NCBI GenBank assembly: GCA_043821585.1
Contig: JBDRCQ010000015.1
Location: 2,909-66,908, forward strand
Length of the DNA: 64,000 nucleotides
Direction of reading: 5' to 3'
From: an archaeon
Lineage (GTDB): Archaea; Nanobdellota; Nanobdellia; Pacearchaeales; GW2011-AR1
In this document: in pieces, positions 8,445-19,624 of the stretch
How the letters are laid out: every line of letters starts with the position of its first letter
How positions within the stretch are numbered: position 1 is the first letter of the stretch
Notes under the pieces: generated by a model
Told to the model about the DNA's origin: nothing
Seen by the model: only the letters and a program-made list of their open reading frames with translations
Database searches by the model: none
Position numbers and translations under genes: made by a program

Positions 8445-10226
8445 ATGTCTAAAGGGAGAGTGATGAAGAATTTTGATGCGGGGGAGGAAGAACTGCTTAG
8501 GGGGTTCTTGTTTACTAATCCTGGTGGGGATGATGGCTTTGTTTATCCGCAGGAGTTGGTTGTAACGGAAGAGCTAGCGCCTTTGATGTCTGCTTATTCT
8601 AGGTCACATGTTCCTTTTCAGGAAAGGGTTTTGACCTATCTTGATAGGCATAAAGATGAGCAGACCAGAGCCATGTTGCCTTTGATTCCGCAATTAATGG
8701 ACATAACCAGGAATCCTGATGGGACTTTGAGGTTGACGGCTAAGACTGCAATATTCAATAGGCAATGGCCTCAGAGACATGGGCATGATTCGATTAAGGA
8801 AGAGGTTCCTCTTGTTGGACACTCGGAGAGGATATCTGACATAACTGGCAAGAGGATTACGGGACATCCGTTAAATCATCCGCAGGTTAAGTCTACGAGG
8901 TATTTGCATTTTGGGAGGGGGGATAATGTGGAGGACGAAGATTTGAGGGCGTTGGATCAAGGAGGCAGATTTTTAGAGTATCAGGATTGGATGAATCAGA
9001 GATATGTTGATATGACTGGGAGGCTTAGAGATGTTGTTTTCGATCATTCGGATACGGCAAGGGTTGTGGAGTTTTTGAGGAGGCCTGAGAACGTTGAGGC
9101 AGAAGTTGAAGCACAGATGGATGAAATGAAGGCTGTTAGGGATGGTTATGAACCGAGTGAAGGGGATCGAGACAGGGCGAGGGAGAGGGTTTTGAAGGGT
9201 TTGGAAGATGAAGGGGTTAGGAAGGCGGTGGGAAATTTTGTTTTGGATTCTTCAAGAATTTATTTGACGGCGGCTACTAAAACTTCCTTGGGTTTTGTTG
9301 CAGATGCTAGGACTTTGGAGAGCATTCTTACAGGGATGATTTCTTCTCAACGTTCAGAAGATGTTAGGAGGGGTCGGGCCTTGTGGGAACAAGCTCAGAA
9401 AGTGGCGCCTGTTTTGTTGGGTGAGAAAAGTCATGTTAGAGTTGATGCATGGAGGCAAAAGAATGAAACAGAACTTAGAGAGTTTCTGCAGGAAAGATTT
9501 GCGGGAGTTGAACCTCTTGAAGGGAAGCCGAGGGTTAGGGTTTGGGATCCTACAACTTTTAAGATGTATGATGATCGATTTAATGCGGCGATGGTTGCTT
9601 TTCCTTATTTGGATCTTAGTGTGGGCCAGATTGCTGATGAGATTTCTGCGGGAGATGCTGTGGAAATTTTAGAAAGGGCTCATAAAAATAGAGGACAATA
9701 CGATTTGGTTCATCCGGCGATCGCACATGGAGGGCTAATGTCTGAGTTTGTTATGGGCTATCATGGTTATAGGGATTTGTTTAGACATAGGAGGGGTTCG
9801 AGATCGGTGCAACTTTTGACCACGCGATTGGGTTTTGAGGTTCCTAAAATCTTTGAGACGTTTGGGATGGGTGATGAAGTTAGGGCTGATATGGAAAAGG
9901 CTGCGGAGATTTATGAACTTGCTAGGGAGCAGGATCCACATGTTGCGGAGAAGGTTGTGCCTTTTGGAGCTTTATGTAGATCGTTGCATTCTTGGCAGCC
10001 TGATCAGATGGCTTATGTGGCAAGGCTGAGGACGAATGCGGCCAGAGGGAATATTAGTTATGTTAACGTTGCTAGGGACATGATTGGACAAGTTGCTGAC
10101 TTGATGCCTGAAACTGCAAGATACTTTAGGGCTGATACGCAGGAGTACCCGGCGCATTTGTGGAAGAGGGGATATGAGTGGTATGATTCTGAAAGAAGAG
10201 GTAGAGATGAGAGTAAAGATAGTTAA
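8445..10226 (+). CDS. thyX: Tandem-domain FAD-dependent thymidylate synthase (ThyX-like)
   Basis: AYSRS, GHDSIKE and KSTRY in domain 1; YRDLFRHRRGS and LRT..GNISY in domain 2; adjacent to thymidylate kinases. Confidence 0.8.
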   Translation: MSKGRVMKNFDAGEEELLRGFLFTNPGGDDGFVYPQELVVTEELAPLMSAYSRSHVPFQERVLTYLDRHKDEQTRAMLPLIPQLMDITRNPDGTLRLTAKTAIFNRQWPQRHGHDSIKEEVPLVGHSERISDITGKRITGHPLNHPQVKSTRYLHFGRGDNVEDEDLRALDQGGRFLEYQDWMNQRYVDMTGRLRDVVFDHSDTARVVEFLRRPENVEAEVEAQMDEMKAVRDGYEPSEGDRDRARERVLKGLEDEGVRKAVGNFVLDSSRIYLTAATKTSLGFVADARTLESILTGMISSQRSEDVRRGRALWEQAQKVAPVLLGEKSHVRVDAWRQKNETELREFLQERFAGVEPLEGKPRVRVWDPTTFKMYDDRFNAAMVAFPYLDLSVGQIADEISAGDAVEILERAHKNRGQYDLVHPAIAHGGLMSEFVMGYHGYRDLFRHRRGSRSVQLLTTRLGFEVPKIFETFGMGDEVRADMEKAAEIYELAREQDPHVAEKVVPFGALCRSLHSWQPDQMAYVARLRTNAARGNISYVNVARDMIGQVADLMPETARYFRADTQEYPAHLWKRGYEWYDSERRGRDESKDS

Positions 10227-10875
10227 GAGGATTCCATTTGAGGATTTGAGGAAAATGATAGCAGAGGTTCCTTTGATGAAACCTGCTGCTGACGGTTCTC
10301 AGATTCATCCTTATAGGAATGCAAAGATTGGTTTGAGGCAGTTTAGTGCAGACCATGTCAACCCCCCTACTTTTTATCTGATTAGGCGAAATCTAGAAAT
10401 TCAGAGAGCTTTAAGGAGTCATCTGATGGCCGATCATGGAATTGATCCGTTGCGTTTGAGTGGCGCTTTGGAGATAAGGAACGAGAATGGGGAAATCTGG
10501 ACATTGACTCCTCCGATAGTTGAGTTTACTCCGAGGCACGTATTTTATGTTCCGCAACCTGGAGAATTGGATCATGGTCAAAGGAGGACGAGGATTTATG
10601 TTCCTTTGATTTGTGATGGGGCGCATAGAGTTGGCGTGGCGAGAGAAGCTGGAGGAGATTTTATTGGAGTTTCCATTGAGGGAGCGGACGACGCTTATCC
10701 TTATTACGCACACCCTAACGGGTGGGGCGACGTTAAAATTGTGGACGAGGTTCCGGGAACTATGGACGAAAAGAAAATGTATCTTCTAGCAGATTCTTAT
10801 GCGCTGTATCGGGACTTTAGCAGGATCGGGTGTGGTAAACCGAGACATGTTGGGGAGGGTGATAAGGGTGGCTAA
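10207..10875 (+). CDS. Hypothetical protein with a ParB/sulfiredoxin-like motif
   Basis: LTPPIVE...PLICDGAHRVGVAR (DGxHR motif); overlaps thyX and the second TMK, so co-operonic. Confidence 0.65.
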   Translation: MRVKIVKRIPFEDLRKMIAEVPLMKPAADGSQIHPYRNAKIGLRQFSADHVNPPTFYLIRRNLEIQRALRSHLMADHGIDPLRLSGALEIRNENGEIWTLTPPIVEFTPRHVFYVPQPGELDHGQRRTRIYVPLICDGAHRVGVAREAGGDFIGVSIEGADDAYPYYAHPNGWGDVKIVDEVPGTMDEKKMYLLADSYALYRDFSRIGCGKPRHVGEGDKGG

Positions 10876-11482
10876 GCTTATTCATTTGGTTGGGTCTTCT
10901 GGGACTGGCAAGGGGAGTGTTCATAAGTATCTTGTTGGATATTTGAGGGGACAAGGGGGGAGTGTTGTAGAATTGGTTGAGCCGCCGGAACCTTTTCACC
11001 AGTTCATTAAAAATTATCGTTTGAGGCCAGATAAGGATGCGCTTGTTGAAGCGGCGATGTTTGCGACTGCGAGATTGTGGCTTTATGAAACTCAGGTTAT
11101 GCCAAGACTTGAGGATCCTAATTTGGTTTTTTTGTCAGATAGGGGTTTGTTGGATTCTTTTGTCTATCAGGGAGTTCTTGGAGGTGTTGGTGTTGAAACT
11201 GTTCAAAGATTGAATCAGCATGTGCCTTTGCCTGATTTGGCTATCGGACTGATTGTTGATGGGGTAGAAGGGAATAGGAGGGTTTTGGAGAGGAGGGGGG
11301 CGACTGGTGAGGCGTTAAGTGCTAACGAAACTGCTGCGGGGATTGCTAGAGTTTCTAATGCTTATGCGGGAATAGGGTTCACTTTTCCGGACATGAATTA
11401 TCGGACAATTGATACAACTTCGATGACTCTTGATGAAGTGAAGGATGTTGCTCGGAGTTACGTTGATGAGGTGTTGGCATGA
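10868..11482 (+). CDS. Thymidylate kinase-like protein (second copy)
   Basis: GTG start after GAGGGTGA; P-loop GSSGTGKGS, EP, MFATAR, SDRGLLDSFVYQG, PDLAI. Confidence 0.85.
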   Translation: MAKLIHLVGSSGTGKGSVHKYLVGYLRGQGGSVVELVEPPEPFHQFIKNYRLRPDKDALVEAAMFATARLWLYETQVMPRLEDPNLVFLSDRGLLDSFVYQGVLGGVGVETVQRLNQHVPLPDLAIGLIVDGVEGNRRVLERRGATGEALSANETAAGIARVSNAYAGIGFTFPDMNYRTIDTTSMTLDEVKDVARSYVDEVLA

Positions 11483-12123
11483 GTGGGGGGCTTGTTGATG
11501 CTGTCGGTTTTGATCTTGATGGTACGCTTTATACATTAAATGACGGGATTAATGATAGGATAAGGCAGCATGCCTGTCAAACTGCTGCAGGTATTTTGTC
11601 TAGACCTTATGAATGGGTTAGGGCTGAATTTGAAAGGCATTTTGCTGAGACTGGAAGTGGAAGAATTTCTTTGGAACAAATGGGAATTGATAATGGCAGG
11701 GAAATTGTGCAGGTTGCGTTGGAGGAGGCAGATATTGGCCCTTTATTGAATAGAGATGGCGCTTTGGCGGGGATGCTTGGTAGGCTTGGGGAGAGATTTA
11801 ATCTTTATTTGATTACTAGCAGTCCAAGGGGGAGCGCGGAATCGAAGCTTGCACATTTAGGGGTTAATTTGGATGTTTTTGATCCTCGTATTTATGGAGA
11901 AAGCCCTTTGTCTAGAAGGGATGGGTCTGCTTTTAGACATGTAGCTACAACCTATGGCATTGCTCTGCCGAGGATGATGTTTGTGGGTGATCGAGAGAAA
12001 GTTGATATCTTTCCTGCGCAGAGTCTGGGGTTAAAGACTGCGATGGTTAATGGGATGTCGGAACGTGCAGATTATAACCTGGGAAGTATTTATGAGTTAG
12101 AGGGTGTTTTACTCGGGACGTGA
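11479..12123 (+). CDS. HAD-family hydrolase (probable nucleotidase)
   Basis: FDLDGTLY motif I, ITS motif II, FVGDREKVDI motif IV. Confidence 0.9.
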   Translation: MSGGLVDAVGFDLDGTLYTLNDGINDRIRQHACQTAAGILSRPYEWVRAEFERHFAETGSGRISLEQMGIDNGREIVQVALEEADIGPLLNRDGALAGMLGRLGERFNLYLITSSPRGSAESKLAHLGVNLDVFDPRIYGESPLSRRDGSAFRHVATTYGIALPRMMFVGDREKVDIFPAQSLGLKTAMVNGMSERADYNLGSIYELEGVLLGT

Positions 12124-12729
12124 TTTGACATAGTCTTTTATAAACGGCCAACTGATTTGTGTCCAGCTTTCTATGGTGTTTTCCGGATTGCTGAAGGTTT
12201 TTTCTATTTCGTCTACTAATAAGAATTCTCCGTGAGCCATGTCCTCTGCAGGCTTGATGTCTTCGGTTGTTTCTGCTAAGGCAACGACTCCGAAATGGAC
12301 CTTTCCAACTTCTTCTGAGTCGTCGTTTATGAAGCCAATGAATTTGGGTGAAGGATAATTTTCCATGATAACTTCTTCTTTCATTTCGCGCATCATTGCT
12401 GCAGCTATTGGGTCTTTTGTATGTTCTTCAGTGTCGCGGTCGATGTGTCCACCAACGCCGCCCGAGAATTTATTGTAGAGCCTGCCTTCGTTTCCAGTTT
12501 TTGCTCTTTTGTAGATGAATACTTTTTTTGTTTTTGGGTTAATTATCCAGACGTAGGGAATTATTTGTTGGAACTCTTTGTTGTTTTCTAATTCATCTGT
12601 TCTATCTTGGTATTCTAGTTTTTCTAAAATCGTGGGGATGAAGTCATTTTCTTTTATTGGGCAAAAGCCTTGAAATGTTTTGTCTTTGAATAGCTCCTCT
12701 CTTTTTACGCATAGGATGTCTCGTGACAT
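12109..12729 (-). CDS. NUDIX-family phosphoesterase (COG4112-like)
   Basis: QQIIPY, EGRLYNKFSGGVGGHI, REMKEEV, GFINDD..VGKVHFG, ESWTQ. Confidence 0.88.
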   Translation of the reverse strand: MSRDILCVKREELFKDKTFQGFCPIKENDFIPTILEKLEYQDRTDELENNKEFQQIIPYVWIINPKTKKVFIYKRAKTGNEGRLYNKFSGGVGGHIDRDTEEHTKDPIAAAMMREMKEEVIMENYPSPKFIGFINDDSEEVGKVHFGVVALAETTEDIKPAEDMAHGEFLLVDEIEKTFSNPENTIESWTQISWPFIKDYVKSRPE

Positions 12730-12820
12730 ATTTAGTTTTTGTAGGAGGATTATATAAAATTAATTGTTCTTGAGGTATTCTTGTGGAAAAATATTTAAGG
12801 GTTTGGTTTTAGTTTGGGGC

Positions 12821-13087
12821 ATGTGTGGGAAATATCTTCGAAGAGCGGCTCTTTTTTTTGTTTATTCAGCTATTTCTTTAAATGCAGGTAATTGTGCTTA
12901 TAGGTGCACTGATGATTATTTGCAGGCAACGGAGTTTGGCGAGGAGCGATCAATGGATAACGGTCTTTTTAGGGCTGTCGGGGCGGTTAATGGTCTTTTG
13001 GTTGGGACAGGAATTTGGGCTACTTGGCCACTTTATCGATTGATTAGAAAAGGAGAGTTAAAAGAAGATAGACAAAGGATTGATTAA
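12821..13087 (+). CDS. Hypothetical small membrane protein
   Basis: ATG about 25 nt after TTTAAG; two hydrophobic stretches. Confidence 0.5.
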   Translation: MCGKYLRRAALFFVYSAISLNAGNCAYRCTDDYLQATEFGEERSMDNGLFRAVGAVNGLLVGTGIWATWPLYRLIRKGELKEDRQRID

Positions 13088-13392
13088 TCCTTCATTTCGA
13101 TTTTGATTTGCACGCTTCGTGGGATTTGAAGTTTCATAATTGGGTGGAGAATTCGGTCTTCGGCGGGGATGTCGATGATTCGGCGGTGTACGCGCATTTC
13201 AAACCTGTCAAAGGTTGCTGTGCCTGCACCGCAAGGGGATTTTCGTGTAGCTACCTTCAGTTTTCGAGTAGGTAATGGGATTGGGCCTCGCATCACGACG
13301 CCGGCTCTTTGAGTAATTTCGCGGATCGATTCAATTACCTGATTGATCGGCGCGATTTCGATACTGTTCAATTTGATTCTAACCTTTGCCAT
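13084..13392 (-). CDS. rpsJ: 30S ribosomal protein uS10
   Basis: RGPIPLPT, TRKSPCGAGTATFDRFEMRVHRRIID. Confidence 0.98.
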   Translation of the reverse strand: MAKVRIKLNSIEIAPINQVIESIREITQRAGVVMRGPIPLPTRKLKVATRKSPCGAGTATFDRFEMRVHRRIIDIPAEDRILHPIMKLQIPRSVQIKIEMKD

Positions 13393-13455
13393 GCGGGGAC
13401 TAGAAAAAATTGGTTTTTAAAGTTATTGGCTATTGTTTTGATTTTATGAAATAAA

Positions 13456-13689
13456 CTAACTTTTGTATGTTTTGCTAAATCTGATTAAATGTAGCGCAAA
13501 TTGGGGATTCGGGTTCCCACTTTTGAAATCTTCCGCCCCTTGCCGGGCTTGATCCTGCGCATCATTAAATTCTTGCGAGGTGCTGCTCCACGTGATATTT
13601 ACAATTACCCATGCAATTGCTGCGATTAGAATTATTGTCCCGATGATTATTAAAATTATACCTAATGTGCTAAGGCCCCTTTTTTCCAT
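13456..13689 (-). CDS. Pilin-like small protein with class III signal peptide
   Basis: MEKRG/LS followed by a long hydrophobic helix. Confidence 0.65.
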   Translation of the reverse strand: MEKRGLSTLGIILIIIGTIILIAAIAWVIVNITWSSTSQEFNDAQDQARQGAEDFKSGNPNPQFALHLIRFSKTYKS

Positions 13690-13733
13690 TGGTTTAATTG
13701 GAAACTCTGGTTTATAAGTTTTTTCTAAAACTT

Positions 13734-13988
13734 GGCTCTGTTGAAAAAGTCTTAAAATAAAAGTGACATGTTAATCATTGAGGTGAAAAACATGTCAAAA
13801 AAACAAAGCAAACTGCATAAAAAAATCTATCAGTTGTTGAGGCTCTGTTGAAAATCTCTTTATTGTGGGCTTACGATTCCCCCTCCTTCCACTATTCTGC
13901 TTTCAGCAAAAGACCTTTCTTGTTCCTCTAAACTTGCATCCGCCCCAATCTATTGGCAAGCCTCAGTTTTGATTTTTTCAATAGAGCC
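13734..13988 (+). mobile_element. Non-autonomous IS remnant/MITE (IS5- or IS1182-like ends) with a truncated transposase-like start
   Basis: Left end GGCTCTGTTGAAAAA (13734), internal second end (13841), right end TTTTTCAATAGAGCC; flanks ctaaaactt/ctaaaattt (8/9 TSD); GAGGTGA followed by MSKKQSKLHKKIYQLLR. Confidence 0.8.
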
Positions 13989-14033
13989 CTAAAATTTAGG
14001 TAATTTTAAATAAATCTCTTTTCTTAATTTAGA

Positions 14034-14420
14034 ATGTCTATTTTCAAAAAAAGGGGTAGTGAAGACGTTCTAGATTTAACGGATATGCAGCGGAGGGGGC
14101 TTTTGCAGAAGTCTGCCGAGATTGAAAGGCAGTTTGTCCAGAGGAAGGATTCTGCGGGGTATTTTGATTTTACAGGGGTTACTTCTGGCGCAGGTACTGG
14201 AGTAACTGCATGTTCAAATAATCCTAGCTCTGGGACAGGCAGTCAGTTTGATTTTTTAGATGCTTTGGCTTCAACTAGTGGAGCTTCTTCTAGTGGTTCT
14301 GCAAGCTCAGGGAGTTCAGGAGTTGACTCTTTGGAAATTCAGGGGTTGAAGAATAAGATTGATGATCTAGAGTACAAATTGCAGATTCTTGAGGATAAGA
14401 CTGCGAAGTTGAGTGGTTAA
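14034..14420 (+). CDS. Hypothetical protein with C-terminal coiled coil
   Basis: VLDLTDMQRRG N-terminus, Ser-rich linker, LKNKIDDLEYKLQILEDK. Confidence 0.75.
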   Translation: MSIFKKRGSEDVLDLTDMQRRGLLQKSAEIERQFVQRKDSAGYFDFTGVTSGAGTGVTACSNNPSSGTGSQFDFLDALASTSGASSSGSASSGSSGVDSLEIQGLKNKIDDLEYKLQILEDKTAKLSG

Positions 14421-14450
14421 TTTTATAAATCTCTAATTTGTTGGTTTTTT

Positions 14451-14744
14451 ATGACGATTTACAGAACGGTTGGACAGGTGTTTGCTGGTTTTGCTAAATA
14501 TACTCTGTTGGAAAGCATGGATGTCGAAGCTGCTAATCATACTGCGGCAGAAGCTGCTAGAAAAGATTTTGTGCCCATGAGTGATGCAGAGTATGCTGCG
14601 AAGTTGCGTGCTCCTGGTGTGGAAGCGGGCCTGTTGAGGAGTGTTGCGCAATTGCCACCGTTGCATGGAGTTCGGAAGGTTATTGTGGCAAGTGCTGGAA
14701 GTAGCAATTTTGTTAAAGTGGTAAATGGGTCAATTGGGCTTTAG
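14451..14744 (+). CDS. Hypothetical protein
   Basis: ORF with TTTATAAA about 25 nt upstream. Confidence 0.55.
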   Translation: MTIYRTVGQVFAGFAKYTLLESMDVEAANHTAAEAARKDFVPMSDAEYAAKLRAPGVEAGLLRSVAQLPPLHGVRKVIVASAGSSNFVKVVNGSIGL

Positions 14745-16535
14745 TTAAATCTTGTCAAGCTTTTTTGCTAAGGCCTCTGTTTCATTCAGGAGGTCTTCGA
14801 CTTCTTTAAGGCCGGATTCCCAGAATTCTTTTTTGGTGATATCGATGCCTAGTTTTGCGAAGATGTCTTTTGGCGAGTCTGAAAGTCCGGCTGACAAGAA
14901 CTCTTTTACTTTTTCTATAAAACTATGATCTGCGCGGACTTTTCGCTGGAGGGCTTTCGAAATCAACTGGCCGGAGACATAAGAATAAACGTAGAAAATG
15001 TATCTGAAGTGTGGGACATAGATCCACCAGTTGTCTGCTTTTGATGTGTCCACAGAATCTCCGAGGTATGAAGAGAGGTGTTTTTTGAATAGTTCCCCAA
15101 CGCGTTCTTTTGAGAGATATCCTTTCTCTCTAAATTCTGAGTGGAGTTCGAGTTCGAAGTTATAGAATGAAGTTTGTCTGAAGATTGTTGAGATATCACT
15201 GTCTAATTTTTCCATTAAAATTGAGAGTTTTTTTTCTGGATCTGCTTTTCTGATTAATTCTTCTAGGACGAAGTCCTCCATGAATGTTGAGGCAACTTCC
15301 GCCGTTGATTTTGGCGTGCCTACGTTGAGAGCTTTTTGTGTTTTGTTCATTAACTCCGCGTTTATTCCGTGGCCGACTTCGTGGGCAAGAGTTGTGACAT
15401 TGTTTAAGTTGTCTGTGTGGTTGAGAAGGATGTAAATTGGTTGGGTTGGGAGGAGGTGAATACAGAACGCGCCATTTTGTTTTCCTTTTTTTGGGAAGAC
15501 ATCTATCTGGCCTTTTTCTAAAAATCTTAATAGAATTTCTGAAAACTCATTGTCTAGTTTTTCGAATGTTTTTTTTACTAATTCAACAGAGTCTTCAAAA
15601 GAGTAGTTGACTTCTTTGATTGTGTAAGGAACCGATCTTTCGTGATATTGCATTTTTTTTACTCCAAGGAGATCTGCTTTCAGCTTGTAGTACCTTTTTG
15701 CTATGTCAAACCTGGCGGTTATTGTTTTTATCAAAGTGTCTACTGCTTCGGTTGGTATGTCATCAGTTAGGTGTCTTGCGGAGTCCGCCCTTGGGAATTT
15801 TCTTAATTCATCGTTTGTTTTTTTGTTCGAGAGGATTGCGTTAATTTCTTGTTCTGCTACTTCGGCGTATTGGTCTAGTATTTCTGTGAACGCTTTGGCT
15901 GCGACGTCTCTTGTTTTCTTATCAGTGCTTTTCATAAGTTCTATTAGTTCTGAGAAGTTCTTGGTTTGCTTTTTGTTTTTTAAGGAAATCTCCTTTTCTT
16001 GTTTTGTTAGGAGGCCCTGGGTCATCCTTTCCCAAAAGTCATGAGAGGTTGTTTCTTTTAAAGAGAGTATTTTTTCTTCTTTTTCAGACAGAAGGTGTTT
16101 GCCTGCAGCGAACTGTGTTTCTAAAAAATGTTTGTATTCTTTTAGTTCTGGGCTAGAAATGAATTTTTTTTGTTCTTTTTCTGGAATTTTTGAGATATTG
16201 AGAGTGAAGAATTTTCTGTTGTTCTTTATTTGTTTTTCTAGTTCCTCTATTTTGTTGAGCTTGGCTTTTACTTCTGGGTTTGCTTGGTCCTGGTAAAATC
16301 TTAATGTGAAATAATAGCCTGGATCTCCGGAAAGTCCGTAGTCTTTTTCGACAGCTTCTAAGTCGTCAAGAACTTGTTTAAGGATTTTTGGGTCTTTTAG
16401 ATAGTCACTTCTGGTTTTCCATTTATCGGTAAACTTTTGATTTGCTTCTTTTGCCTTTTCAAGTTTTTTCCCTATTTCGGGGTCTCCGTCTGATTTTAAT
16501 AGGGGAGAAAGATCCCACTCTTTTTTGATGTTCAT
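14745..16535 (-). CDS. pepF: Oligoendopeptidase F (M3B)
   Basis: EWDLSPL start, GKQNGAFC, TLAHEVGHG, AEVASTFME, PHF..FYVYSY; start reassigned to 16535. Confidence 0.93.
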   Translation of the reverse strand: MNIKKEWDLSPLLKSDGDPEIGKKLEKAKEANQKFTDKWKTRSDYLKDPKILKQVLDDLEAVEKDYGLSGDPGYYFTLRFYQDQANPEVKAKLNKIEELEKQIKNNRKFFTLNISKIPEKEQKKFISSPELKEYKHFLETQFAAGKHLLSEKEEKILSLKETTSHDFWERMTQGLLTKQEKEISLKNKKQTKNFSELIELMKSTDKKTRDVAAKAFTEILDQYAEVAEQEINAILSNKKTNDELRKFPRADSARHLTDDIPTEAVDTLIKTITARFDIAKRYYKLKADLLGVKKMQYHERSVPYTIKEVNYSFEDSVELVKKTFEKLDNEFSEILLRFLEKGQIDVFPKKGKQNGAFCIHLLPTQPIYILLNHTDNLNNVTTLAHEVGHGINAELMNKTQKALNVGTPKSTAEVASTFMEDFVLEELIRKADPEKKLSILMEKLDSDISTIFRQTSFYNFELELHSEFREKGYLSKERVGELFKKHLSSYLGDSVDTSKADNWWIYVPHFRYIFYVYSYVSGQLISKALQRKVRADHSFIEKVKEFLSAGLSDSPKDIFAKLGIDITKKEFWESGLKEVEDLLNETEALAKKLDKI

Positions 16536-16777
16536 ATGCTTCGGAGAAACAGGGAGTTTATATTGTTTTCCTAAAAAAATAGCTGCAATGGTAAATGAGG
16601 CGCGAAGCGCCGATCCCGTCCGACATGGTGACTCGGGACAAGTGCGCTCGGTTATTATGTAACTGCCTTCCCTGGCTGATGGGGGATTAGATTGGAGAGG
16701 TTGTGAGTTAGAGGCAATTATCGAGTGATCGTTGAGAGATTGGATAACTTTATTAACTGGAAATCTCTCGAAAATAT

Positions 16778-16975
16778 ATGGGGCAAAAACAAGCATCTCT
16801 GGATGAGATCTATGCAGTACTGTTGGAATTAAGGGCAAAAATGCAGAAGATGGACCAGTATCTTGAGGACTTGGAGTTTGCTCGGAGGACTGAAGAGGCG
16901 TGGCAAGAAATTGATGAAGGCAAAGGTGAAGAATATTCTTTAGAGGAGTTTCGTAAGAAGCTAAAAAATGGTTAA
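16778..16975 (+). CDS. Antitoxin of a RelBE-type pair
   Basis: Short acidic protein EEAWQEIDEGKGEEYSLEEF overlapping the toxin start. Confidence 0.75.
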   Translation: MGQKQASLDEIYAVLLELRAKMQKMDQYLEDLEFARRTEEAWQEIDEGKGEEYSLEEFRKKLKNG

Positions 16976-17213
16976 AGTAAGGACTTCTGAGAAATTTGAG
17001 AAGATTCTGGGCAAGCTGGATAAGGATCTGAGATTAAGGATAGATAAACAGATAGAGAAAATTGTTGGGAATCCTGAAATTGGGAAGCCGATGCGTAATG
17101 TTCGGAAAGGTACGCGTGAAGTTTATGTGGGTCATTTTAGGTTATCTTATGCTTTTGATAAAAGTGTAGAAACTGTTTTTCTATTGGATTTTTATCATAA
17201 GGATGAACAGTGA
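16968..17213 (+). CDS. RelE/ParE-family toxin
   Basis: FEKILGKLD...NPEIGKPM...REVYVGHFRLSY...FYHKD. Confidence 0.88.
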   Translation: MVKVRTSEKFEKILGKLDKDLRLRIDKQIEKIVGNPEIGKPMRNVRKGTREVYVGHFRLSYAFDKSVETVFLLDFYHKDEQ

Positions 17214-17346
17214 AAGCGCCGTTAGGGGAGTGTATGAATTTGATTATTTTGAGGTTGTGATCTTGTGTGAAATCAGAATTTATTTTGACATGATCACATT
17301 GGCACTTTAGTGATGATATGATTGCTATTTGGGAGTTTTAACTAAC

Positions 17347-18801
<1,455 letters not shown>

Positions 18802-18866
18802 TTAATGATTTTGATGTTGTTATGGATCCCCTATAACCTTATAAAACTAAGGCTTCGTTCTTTTTT

Positions 18867-19624
18867 ATGGGGCAATTAATACACACAGCCTTTTTGTTCC
18901 CGGTTGTAGATGGTAGACTTTTTCTTGGTCGGAGGAACACCCCGCCCATGAAAGGTTATTGGGGACCGATTGGAGGGAAGAACGATTCACGGGAAAATGT
19001 CGCTTTAAGCCCATGGGATGCTCCCAAATTAATAGAAAAGATGGGGGGACATCAAGTTGTTTCTAGAGTTGATGAGTATCTAACTGAGTGTGGAAATGAG
19101 TGCATTCAGGGTACTGCGGTAAGGGAGTTTTGTGAAGAGGTATTTGCTGGTAGGAACTTTCCAGGCGATTTTGGGGAAGGAGATTTTTCTGATGTTTTGA
19201 GGGTTGGTTCTCTCGATGATTGTTTTGAGGCAGGTGGGCATGAAGTTGATACTGCTAATTATTTTTATATTGCGAGGTTGGGAGGAGAGACTTTAGTTTG
19301 AATCCTAGAGAGCTTGGAGGGTTTAAGCCGCTGAATGAATTGGATGCTGCAGCAGGGGACAAGATGTTTCCCTTGGCTAAAATTGCTTTGGCACATATGC
19401 ATTATTTAATTGAATTTGGGATTCCAGTGGAATTTGGTGAGAAGTATGGGTTCCTTCGGGAACAGATTGAACCTTTCTTACAAGAAGGTTTTATTGCAGA
19501 TGGTGAGGCGAGGTTTGGCGATATGTTTGGCGCGATGATTTATTATACTGAAAGATATTTCGGTAGGAGGCAAGAGGAGCCTCTTGTGAGGGAAGTTTTG
19601 GATAGGATTCGGGGCAAGGGTTAA
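18867..19624 (+). pseudogene. NUDIX-like hydrolase split by a frameshift near 19290 (ORFs 18867-19301 and 19298-19624)
   Basis: LFLGRR..GYWGPIGGK...TAVREFCEE Nudix box; the alternative frame at ggagagactttagtttgaat continues as DFSLNPRELGGF. Confidence 0.6.

Noticed and set aside
16536..16838. 101-aa N-terminal extension of PepF in the ORF track
   Set aside because: It overlaps the antitoxin on the opposite strand; the family-like start is MNIKKEWDL at 16535 with a TATA upstream
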